A stretch of DNA of 64,000 nt. Origin: Rhodosorus marinus CCMP1338 (Eukaryota; Plantae; Rhodophyta). Of this stretch, positions 1-10,800 are shown one piece after another. A model generated the notes under the pieces. The model was given only the letters and a program-made list of their open reading frames with translations, had not been told where the DNA came from and made no database searches. Where the stretch lies: the NCBI GenBank assembly GCA_029953675.1, contig JAMWBK010000003.1, forward strand, positions 1,488,001 to 1,552,000, written 5' to 3'. The position numbers and the translations under genes are program-made. Numbering within the stretch: the first letter of the stretch is position 1; each line of letters opens with the position of its first letter.

Positions 1-237
1 ATTCAACCACTTCTCGGTGGCGCCGTCATGAAACTCCCTTAGGTAAAAGAGGACCGTCTTCACTGCCCGACGAGTTATATAGTCTTTCAAGCAATCGGTT
101 CCTGCCTGCCTCACTTGCGGCTCGTTACCGACATACTCAATGGTCATCTTGGGCACGTTCACCCTAGCCGCGCGCGTACTCGACAACTGGGGCTTCCCAC
201 CCCTCGGCATGAACGAACTACTCCCGACAAAAGCCAT
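1..237 (-). CDS. Plastid-targeted RbcX-like protein, N-terminal 79 aa only (runs off the window; absent from the ORF track)
   Basis: Manual translation from ATG 237: MAFVGSSSFMPRGGKPQLSSTRAARVNVPKMTIEYVGNEPQVRQAGTDCLKDYITRRAVKTVLFYLREFHDGATEKWLN. It has a MAFV transit-peptide start. LKDYITRRAVKTVLFYLRE...WL follows the RbcX helix-1 pattern L..YLT.(Q/R)AV..V..QL.E......WL (comparison from memory). Confidence 0.65.
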   Translation of the reverse strand, partial: MAFVGSSSFMPRGGKPQLSSTRAARVNVPKMTIEYVGNEPQVRQAGTDCLKDYITRRAVKTVLFYLREFHDGATEKWLN

Positions 238-3200
238 ACCTTCTCAAATATACAACACTGATCCTGTGAACAAAGTTCTCTATATATATGTAGCAATAAG
301 TTACCCGAAATCCGCGTAGCACAACTCAGGAGGATAGCATGAAAACAGACCAATAAAACGAATAGAGAGTCAGAATCTGTTCAATTCGTACCCAAGAAGC
401 CTAGCATACATCACGAAACCTTTTCCCTAATCCTGCCCACCACATCCTGCCACTACAACAACAGACAACCCTTATATCGTCTTGTTTTGCAATTCATGAA
501 CAGAAAAAATCCTAGCCTACCCTCTTCCATCTTCATCCAACACCCTACCCCCCCCTCTTTTTGGTATTTCTCTCCAACAGACATTTCCCTCATTTTTTTT
601 ACGATTACATTGTGCTTCCCACCAAACACACCCACATCTCAAAACACATACTTCCACACATCCCTCAAAACAATCCTCAAAAGTCAAATGCACCCCATCA
701 TTGTCGAATCTAGATTTTCGTTTTCCAAACCGCCACACCCCCTACCCCTGTAACAGAATCCATTTCCATGAGTAAGTCCTATAAAATTTTCCCTTGCATT
801 CGTCAACAATAGTAGAGGGTAGGGTAAACAAAAACCCTAAACGTTTGTGATGAAGAAAGATGTCCTCATATTACTCATTTAATTTATGATTTCGGGTTGC
901 TCTGGAAAAACAGAAATGGTATATCTCCCCCTATCAAATTTTGGCTAGGTTTTTAATTTGCATTTGATTTCTAAGGAGGTTAGATATGGTTTTAGAAATA
1001 GGGGGGGGGGGAAGGGGTTTGAGATGAGGTTTTTTGGGGTTAAAAAAGAGAACATCTCGGAGAGAAAAGCACAAAATACAGCAGGACATTCTGAGAAATT
1101 TTCAAGGCTTAGAATGAACTGATTGGCTTTGGTAAGATCCATTCGGTTAGGAAATTCAACCCCATTGGCAAAATTCTGCTCCGATGAACAATTCATTGGC
1201 TAATATGCAACGGATTTACCCTCGATTTGCAGACCCGATTTGCTAGAGATACGAAATATCAGGAGATATTTGATATTGATTCATCCAATCATACAACATC
1301 ATGGTATGCAAGTCTCTCATACGAACACTTGATTGGTTAGAAAGAATATCGGAATGTCCGGGGAATCCAGCCCAATGATGTAATCTACAGCTGTCCTAAT
1401 CAGCAGAATTATTCTGGAATATGAAATATCCAAATGAATTGCCCGAAGAAGCAGAGGAGTTCGTTCATCTGTCATCAGCTATGGGATATTATACATCCCC
1501 TTGGGGGTGTGAGTAATACCATCTCAGCATCACCAGCAAACTTAGAACGATGATAGGGGGCTTGGAGATTGGTTAGGAGCGTTGCGGATGTTATTGTGGA
1601 AATGTTTTCGACTACTGAGATATGTTGCCAGATAGGAATGGAATAGGCATTTGCCGAATTTTCGGGGGGAGGGGGTCGGGTTGGGGATGTGTGGAATGGT
1701 CTTGAAGTAGACCTAATGGCAAAACGAGATATAGACCTTTAAAAGCACTAGCTGCGGATCAAAATTTCCGTATGAATTTACGAACTTTTACAGGACGATT
1801 TTACAACTTATCCTTTTCATATTTTCAGGTTCCATCCCCAACCGGAAATGACATCAGACCTCGACCGCCTTCCGAAGCTTCTGCTGGTAGGGCGCTCTAC
1901 CTCTTGTACAAGATTGGAGGCATATAGCATGTGCATGTGCAAACTTGAGTTTCCCCGATACCGTTTGACCACTGTTTGGGATGAGCGGCACTTTTTAGTG
2001 GGTTCTATATGCATTTGTAGACTCTTCTGGGAAAGGGGTAAGGGATATTTGAAGAAACGGAAGCGCGCCATATGCGGGATTCGGATCTTGCGCACGAAAT
2101 CCTTGAGAAATTTGCATCTCGTTTCACGCTTTTTAGCGAAGGTCAGAAATCGATGTCACTATCGTGAGAAAAGTATCATGGACGTTGGGTTCACGTTATA
2201 TGCAGACGCGTTATTTTTATCAGAAAAATGTTTTTCTCCGCTGGTTACGGAGAGCACTGAAACCTCTCGCTCCATAACTGTAACTGAAGATGACCTTGTT
2301 TTCCGAGGTAGCTCAGCGCACAAGTGCTTTTGCGCGGGAGAGCTGACCTGACCTCACACCGGCCCGCGTGCCGAAATTTTCTCTGAATGAACGCATGATG
2401 ACAGAAACTGGGACTAGCTCGAACGGCCCACGTCAGGAATATTATTCTCATTTTTTGTTGGTCGCAGATTCCCCGTATTGTGCATTATTCTTGCCAAGCA
2501 TTTTCAGTCTCAGAAACAAGAACGGGGCGATGTGGAGCTTTCAATTAACGTCTAAAATGCTAGAGCGAGGAGTTTTTTGTAGCCACGCAAAAAACGACAT
2601 CTGCCCCGCCCACCCCGAGGACATCATCCTGTAGGCCTCTGTCGCCAATTCAATTGAGGAAACAGCAGCAATACGACATCAAGGTGCTTGCCAAGCCTCG
2701 CTACTTCAGCGATCCCGAGATGACTTACTACAATCTGAAATTGAGGTTGAACAACAGAGGCCGCTACAGAATGATGCACTACTCCTCTGCTTTGGCTACA
2801 GAGTAGTCTCTACGACCCTCTCCGGGGTGGACGGGCAGATCGTATGCTCAGCTACCGCAAGGACAGAACATGCGGCGTGGGTTTGGCAGCCTGGCCAGAG
2901 CGCTTCGCACAAGTCTAATCTCTGGTGCTCCTCAGGAAACATGCTCAAAAGTTACTGCACGAACAAATTCTAAACGTCATCGCCAGCAGTTCAGCCTCTA
3001 CTATTACGCCGGGCAAATTCCAGATATCGAAAGAGTCTCTGAGACCTCCTATCTAATCGATTTCTCCGAGATAATACTTGAAACATCTCCGGACAAGAGA
3101 TCCGATGCGGCAACTCGAAACGATCTCTCCTAGACACTTTCGACCACTCGACTACTGGAAGCAAGACATCGACGGGACAATGATACGCCGCTCCAGCTGA

Positions 3201-3665
3201 GAACCTCTAAGACGCGCCACAGTGCGGGGACAATTTAGGCTGGACACTCCCAAGCTCTCCAAAGCAACAGGAGCACCCGATCCCTTCCGGGCTTTTCTAC
3301 TTCATGCTTCTTGAGTCTTCTGTTTAGCAACAACTAGCTTGTGTAGGCAAGGGTTTCGTTGTGGTTCTCCAAACCGCCCGATGTTCGACTTGACGAGGTG
3401 CGAACAAAGCATAGGTATCGCCAGTGCGTCCGCAAACCTGAATGTTCATCAGCGCACAACTCAAACTAAAAAAAAAAAACAACCAAAAGAAAAGCAGAAA
3501 GTGTCTCTGAGGGGAGCCCTTCGAGGCTAAACCGGGGGGGCAGGACATGTTTCTCAGAGTAGGGAAGACGGACTCAAGCAAGTCAGACGATAGAGACGTT
3601 CGGGTTGCAGGGGAATCGTACGTTCCATCTTGGCCTTACTGAGCATAACCTGAGGTAAATACGTC

Positions 3666-4828
3666 TCAGTTTTCGTCCCCATCTACGAAGTCAAAGTTGT
3701 TGCGTCGTCAGCAATCGCCTCAAGAAACTCTAAATGAACAAACCCCTTACCTCTGTCGCCGTTGTCGTCATCACGGAGATCACGATCTTCCTTCTCGTAC
3801 TCCTTGTCGACTCCTTTGTCGCCGTCCTCCCCGTCGTCCGCAGGGCGTTCATCACCGTGACGTTCACCTTCCTCCTCATCATCGTACTTGCGGCGAGACG
3901 TAGGGCGCTCAGCGTCGTCGTCCTCGTGTGGGCGTCGATCGTCCTCGCGGTCATCTTTGTCGTCTCGCCTAGACTCGCGCCTGTCTTCGTCGTCGCGATC
4001 GCTTGCAGGGGAGCGGCTTCGGCTTCGAGAACGCGAGCGCTTGCGTCCTCTACCATTGGATTGGCGCCCCTCTGAACGACGGGCGCTTGGTGAGATTGGC
4101 TCATTAGGACAGTCTCGCTTCGTATGTCCTCGTTCTCCGCACTTCCAGCACCTTTCTCCCCAGTCACCGTTCGGACACTCGCGTGCCCAATGACCTTCAA
4201 ACATAAAGCAAAATTTCAGAAGCGAAAGCAATTGCGTGAGATACACCGACCTAGGGAAGTGCCGAAGCCGAAAAAATACAGCTGCAAGAACACTTTCGAG
4301 AAGATCGCTTCTTCCAAGGAAATGATATCTTTTCATACCTGTCCCACCGCAATTAAAGCAGTGTTCAAGGTCACCAGGACGTGGCCTCCCAGAACGAGCG
4401 TACTGAACGCTCATGTGCTTCCCGTCAAAACGCCGGCTGTCCAACCCACGTAACGCGTCGGATGCATCTCGCGGGTTGCTCATTTCAACGAATGCGTAAT
4501 CTGACTTATGATCAACGTCCCGAACCCGGCCATAACGTGAAAAGAGGTCTTCAATATCGCCGGTCCTCACATGCCTAGACAAACCCCCGACATAAAGCCT
4601 TGACCCGCCACCTCTGCGGTCATCATCCCTTCTTGAACGATGTCGATCCCACCGATCCCGATCTCGATCCCGGTCCCGGTGGCTATCCCTATACCCATCC
4701 CTATCCCTATCCCTATCCCTGTAACTGTCCCGGTGGCTATCCCGATCCCTATAGCTATCACGATAGCTATCACGATAACTATCCCTATCCCTTTCACGGT
4801 AGGTATCCCTATCCCTATCCTCGTCCAT
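3666..4828 (-). CDS. SR splicing factor, RS2Z type (RD-repeat N-terminus, RRM, two CCHC knuckles, RS region, acidic tail), about 316 aa
   Basis: RRM with LYVGGL and YAFVEM, plus the SR-type VDHKSDYAF segment. Knuckles CFNCGGTG|HWAREC and CWKCGERGHTKRDC, then RSRSRSRSRSP. Introns 4195-4338 and 3683-3750 are GT-AG; the last exon encodes DGDEN*. Confidence 0.9.
4670..4822 (-). repeat. Coding tandem repeats (GATAGG / GATAGCTATCGT variants) encoding DR, DSYR and DSHR units
   Basis: The + strand shows ccctat x n and ctatcacgatag units directly; the translation is DRDRDTYRERDRDSYRDSYRDSYRDRDSHRDSYRDRDRDRDGYRDSHRDRDRDRDR. Confidence 0.9.
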
Positions 4829-5999
4829 CTCCACAACCAACAAGGAAGAACTCAACACCAACTCAACGCAACCACAAGAAAAACGGAAAAAAAACACTAG
4901 TACCCCTACAAATTTAAACCTCTCCCTTTTCAATCAACCCACGGCCCCCCCTTCCGGTCTTCCCCACCTTCCCACCAGCTTCCCGACGGCTCCCTTTAAG
5001 AAACCTTCAAGAGCAACCCCAAAGCTCTTTTTTTTTTCACGCCTCCGGTGCGAAGGCGAATAATCCACCTCCATACCCACACAAAAAAAAAGATATTTTT
5101 GACAATGGAATCCAATTCTACCCCCCTTTTCTTCGCCCTATTACGTTGCATAGATTAACTTACCCCTACTAGCAAAACAAAAAAACTTGTTTGCTTAATA
5201 ATAATGTAATATTTAGAAGGATATATTGATCTTATACTCAATGAATTACCCCAGATAAATCTGTGCTTCGCTCCTTTTTGAGTTTTCAACCACGTCAATA
5301 TATTAAGGTTTAGGGTGAAGGGGTGAGGGGTGGGGTGTGAACACTTTGTGTACGTACAAATAAGGTTTTACGTTTGAATTAGAAAGGTTTTTTTAGTTTG
5401 TTGGATATTGGTGAGGACCGGGGGAATCTTTCTGGATCGGTCAGGACGGTGTTCTTATTTCTTTTGTTTGATGAGAGAAAATTAGGCCGTTAGTTGAGAG
5501 TCTTTTTTGAGAAGAAAATAGACCTTTTTGGTTTTTCCGGATGATCATTTGTTTTGCTTAATTTTAGAGGGGTTTCTCATGTCTTGTTTTGTTTTGTTTT
5601 TGAAGTACACCTGTGGCAAATCTTGTTGGGGAGGGAGGGACACTAGTGACACTTCGAGGTGCATGAAAAGTAGAAACGGGGGGGGGAGGGAACCCGTCAT
5701 CTGGTCTCAAGCGTATTTCTATTTTACAAAGGGTTTTTCCCTGAGCGAGCGACTTTACTCTCTGGGCGTAAATAAGTTTTAGAATGGTACCATAGTTAAG
5801 AGTTAGCCAAAAAAAAAAGCATAGACCTCGTGCTTCGCACGAGTCCCGTGAATCCTAAAATACCGTCAACGGAGGATGCTAGACCTGTTCATATCTGAGC
5901 AGATTCTTCTACGCGTCTATAGATGCACATTTTTGCTATGGGAAGCCACTGTTTCCACAGTAGCGAGGCTGTTCTGTCAAAGCCGTCAGCGATTGTGAA

Positions 6000-6971
6000 T
6001 CAGCTCGTGAGCTCTGCAAAAGGCCCCGATTCGCCCTCCGCAGTTTGAACTTCTAACTGACAATTATCCAAACATTCGAGGTCTTCCTTATGCATTTCAA
6101 CCTCGCGATTGCAGAGAGGGCATCTCATCCCTCCCCTCCTCAGCCACAATCTGAGGCATCTCGAGTGGTATTCGTGTTTGCAATCCAAGCGAACATATTG
6201 CTGCTTTCGATCCGCATTATCAAGGCATATAGCACACGCAAAGTCATCCTTCAAGGACGAAACTGACGCCCTATATAGCTTCAAAATACTCTGAACCTGA
6301 AGGGAGGAGGATAGACTCTTGACTCAGTCTCGCTAATCTTGAAATAGTCTTCAGTTCAAGTCTAGGATGCGCTCAAATCGAAACTTGAAAACTCTCACCT
6401 CTTCTTTCGAAAATTTATCCTTGCGATGGGTATACACCTCCGGTGGATTCTCTTCGTCTTCACCCGTCTCGACAGGGCGATTGTTACCCTCTCGTCTGCC
6501 CTGGCACACCGAGACTACCACAAATGCCACTAGAACAAAACCCGCTAAAACCGCGAATACATCCGCGAGAATCATGAGGCTGGTCACCTTGTCCTCCATG
6601 TACGCAGGGCTCATGGACAAGTAGTCATCCCTCGCGTCCGGATCTACATAGCATGTACTGTTATTCATGAAACCTCCGCACTGCTCGGCCATAGACTCTG
6701 TCTGATTGTATACCGGGGAGCCGTATCTGTAGGCCAGGCGCGGGGAATCTTCATCTGCATCGATACCAGTTACATTAAAATTACATCGATAGAGACGCTC
6801 GCCTGACGAGTCCCGAGTAATGTTCCACCCAGTTGGAGTACACGATACACTTGTAAAGGGCCTAGTCAATTCAAGCATTGAGTAGTGGTATGCAATAAAA
6901 ATCGACGTCACAATAAGACCCACTCCCGTACAACCCACAAGCACTAGTTTCCATCTCGCAGCCGACCACAT
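6000..6971 (-). CDS. Two-TM membrane protein with C-terminal RING-H2 (E3 ligase), about 289 aa
   Basis: ORFs 6351-6992 and 6000-6284 join through the GTGAGA...CTTCAG intron 6297-6398 (KEE|VQSILKLY). Hydrophobic segments LVLVGCTGVGLIVTSIFIAY and LMILADVFAVLAGFVLVAFVVVSV. RING CAIC...LDCKHEYHSRC...W...CPLC. Confidence 0.85.
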
Positions 6972-9549
6972 CCTGTGCAAAGTCCGAAACACGGGTCACC
7001 ACAAATAGAGACAGCAAGGAAAGAAAAGAAACTCTAGTATCAACTATCACCCACGTTAATTCGCAAATAGTAAAACTCTCCTAGTCGATCATTCACCAGC
7101 ATACCGGCGAGGAACTCGTCGTATTAAGACAAGAGTTCCTATGAGTTCCTATACATATAAGCATGCACAAATTTGGTCCTGACAACAGAACCTTGCACAG
7201 CTCCCACGTGCTCTATTTTCATTGTGTATGTGATGCATCCTCGAAAATATTCGCAATGGAAAAGAGCCAGCCACTCCTTTCCGTGGAGAACCGCTTCACC
7301 CTTCCATTTTTTTGCTTCTAAAGTGCAAAGAAAAGGAATATTCGGGTGGGTTCAGAGCGTTCCATCGCCACGACCCGCCCGACAGTCTCGCAGCCCGACT
7401 CATCAGCACGAAAAAAAAAAGGCCCGCAAAAACAAACAAAAACAAAAGTGCCGCGCTAGGCTACGGTGTCATTAACCGTCCGAATTTTTTCTCGAGATAG
7501 ATTATTTGAATAAATGTAGAAAATATCAAAGGGACGGATTAAAAATATTCTAAAAACATATCTAATGATTGGACCGATAAGCCTTCCAACAAAATACCAG
7601 ATATTCGATCAAAACATCAATCTAATAATCAATCATCACCGATTCAGATATTTGAATCATGATTACTTCTCGATTAGTAGTATGACATGAGGTATTCCAT
7701 TATGATTATTTCTGGTCCACCAGACTGTCAGGGACAATCTAATTGTTTTTCAATATGCTGAGACTCAGGATTGGTGGAAGTTCAAACACTGCCCAGGCAG
7801 ACCACCACACCCGCGCAAGTGCGTACGTCCCACAAGGACACGCTATCCGCTAAGAAGAAGATTGAAATCCAATCAATATGGGAAGTCAATCGGACATTAT
7901 CGGACGGGTCCTGGGTTTTTTAATTTTTTAATTCAGGTATGATAAAATTATATCGGGCGTGGACAGGACGATAAACCAAATAAGTATTATAAAAATATGG
8001 TTTAATATGCTTTTAGATCGGGCGGTCCGATAAAAATATCGGACGTCAGCAGACATTCTTGTTATTGGCGACATACTACTATGACAAGCCTCGGCCTAAT
8101 CCCAAGCTCTAGAAAAAAGCCAGTAACTCCTTCTTGTGTCAAACATATACCGGTGCAGTTTTTCTATTCGTGTTTTTTTACTTTTTTTAAGCTGTATAAA
8201 CTGATTGCCTTACTTTCGGATACTATAAAAATAGCAACAATGGCATCCGATGTTTTATTACAGATTCCTTATAAATTATCGGCCCCTCGCCCACCACCCT
8301 GAAGTCTACCACACATTCTACAATGAAAGAAAACGCTGCATCTGATTCAATTTCCAAATCAAATAGCGAAGAATTAACATCGACCTTCTATTGGATAAAA
8401 AATTGAGCCTTCATAAAACAAAACTGAACTCTCTTTTTATCGTATATTCTGTATAGGAGATAAATTGTGGAAATAAAAAGTAAAACAAACGTTGTTTGAT
8501 CCAATTATATTGTATTTATGATATGTAGAAGAGTTAAACCGTTTCGGTTTTCGAATGGGCACCGCTGACAGCGGCAGTTTATATTTGCTCGCCGTGTCCA
8601 TTGTCCAAAGTACTATCCCCCCAAAATTGTCAATTATTGGCGAATATTGTTAAAAGCAGCATTCTCACAGAAAGAAAATTGGTCAGAGGCGCTTCGTCTT
8701 GGCTGGAAGCGACGAGTCCGCCGCGGGCGCCTGAGAACCAAACGTTGAAGCGTACATACTTAGACAGGTCACGCTGATTCAACTGTAATACAACGGATAT
8801 ATCTTGAATCCACTGGAAGGCATGAGACTTCAGGTAACCCCTCCTCAGCGTTCACGTGAAAAACGCCGAGGAGGTCGCTTGGGGTTTATGTTGCATGTGC
8901 AATCGCAATAGGCGCCAGTAGTAGAGAAGGTGCGACAATTTTTTAACCCTTGAGAACGAAAGAAGGGGGCAATTCCAACGACATATAGCTGGATTCTAGA
9001 TCACCCGCTGAAGGCCGCGATCGCTCGGCCAATCTGAGCGAAGAGAGAGCAAGGGAACCCAAGAGAAAAAGGTTGTCCCCGGCTGAAGGTGCCATTGAGA
9101 GCATGGCGCAACCTCTCGAGATCCATGGTTCTCAATAAAACAAAATACTTCCCAAATCACAGCTGGTTTATCAAATGCTGAGTATATGTTTTACAAGCAT
9201 GGTAGTATCTCATCGCGAGGTCCAAATTTGAAGCTGACCGCTTGCTTAAACCTCCACGATGCAAACAATTTACAACCTAATGGGGGCCAAATTTGAGAGC
9301 CTTTTGATAATTCAGTTGAATCACAGTCAGCACTTCTCTTTGCGCGGGGCACCAAAGTCCGAGCGCAAAGACAAGTTGTGGATGTTTCCAAGATTTGGAT
9401 GTGGTAGAGAACGATTTCTATTAGCAGCGTTCCTGAATGTTAACCACATTCTCTCCCTTCAAACTGGAGCACCGGCGTTCCGAAAAGGGGAAAGAGACGG
9501 TTTCGCTTCAGGAAACTAGAAGCGTACCACCATCTCTGAATCTGAACTC

Positions 9550-10800
9550 AGGATCCGCCGCGGAGAGTATTTTTCAGACGGACTAGATGGGCAAGCTGGA
9601 TGTCTTGGAGACCAAGAAGTGCCAATCGTGCTTTTTCGGGCATCTATATAAAAATTTCACGGTCGTTCAATTTTCTTCTCTGCCTCTTAAATATCAGACG
9701 TTGTGTGTCAACAGGACCTAAACCCTGGTACTCTGAGCTACCAGAGACTTTTCTTTGCAACAAGGCTCTCAAGAATGTAACCCGAGCGAAAGTGACTGCC
9801 ATGGGCCCTCTGATACAATTCCAGCAACCCAAGCGCCCGCAAGATTGTTCGGGATCCTGTTGGTTCCAGTTGGGATCCCAATCCGCCATGCATCCTTTAT
9901 TGCCAGCCGTCTTCGAGACATCAGTGGTAACGACGCATCTAGCACATCTATACAAGGGTAGTTCGAGAACGTAGGGGCTGGTAAATGTCGTCATGTTGCA
10001 CCTCGACAGCATGACCGGAACTCGATTTCGCTCCACTGTTCAGACTTCAGTGAAAATCAGTGTCTCAAAACGCACCACTCTCGCCCGTGTACTGAATAGC
10101 GCTTCTTCCGCAGGGAGGCTGCTCTTCCGATCCAAGAGCAGGAGCTGATGATCACACTGCTTCTGCAATCCGTGACCAGTGTTTGAGGGCTAAAAACCCC
10201 GAGAAGGGAGTTCCGACCCCCCGGTGCTTTCATCCAATGCGCAACTTGTTAAGCTTGTCTTCGTTTGTGCACTCAAGCGGCGGGTACTTGAAGAGCTTGA
10301 GCTTTTCACTCCCCGCTCGCCACGAAACCAGGGCAGGTAGTCACCCGGGATATTGTCCTGAATTGGCTTTTGTTCCTGTTACGAACGTTTCGGTATATAC
10401 CACACTCACTGTGTGGGTTTATACTCCATACGCATGCGAACGGCTTTTTTCTAGTTTTAAACGAATATGACCAGAACCCTGGCTCCACAGTGTCCCTACC
10501 ACAAAAAAAATTCTGAACCAGAAGGCTGTCCCGGTGGACCCTGCGATCTCGATTCAGTGCTCGGTACTGGCAAGTGGGAAGATGGAGTGCCACCCTAGAC
10601 AAGCAGAAAGCCTACAGTAATGGAAGGAATTGGACTTGATAAGAGTGGAACCTCTGGGGCGCGGAATTAGAGCGTAAATTGAGATTGAGTGCAACAGGAC
10701 ATCCTCGCTTCGAGATATCCGGGAAATCGTGAGAGCACCCACACGAAACAGGAGACAGACACGGTGACATGGGTGGTAACAGGGTTTTCAGACTACGAAC
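9550..10800 (+). mobile_element. Highly decayed Ty3/Gypsy pol relic (RT end, RNase H, integrase fragments)
   Basis: Fragments in shifting frames, in the expected order: KKCQSCFFGH (about KC.F..FLGH), PIRHASFIASRL (about PIAFASRKL), LATKPGQVVTRDI (about P..P...V.MDF), KLRLSATGHPRFEISGKS*E (about KLRLSTAYHPQTDGQSE). Many stops; boundaries approximate. Confidence 0.45.

Noticed and set aside
831-840. AAACCCTAA telomere/telo-box-like motif (also at about 26201)
   Set aside because: Single copies in promoter regions, not arrays; no evidence of interstitial telomeric repeats, and function cannot be shown from sequence.
3697-4917. Multiple overlapping ORFs (3730-4200, 3734-4075, 4567-4836, 4600-4917, 4640-4900)
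   Set aside because: Alternative-frame and antisense shadows of the low-complexity SR gene repeats.
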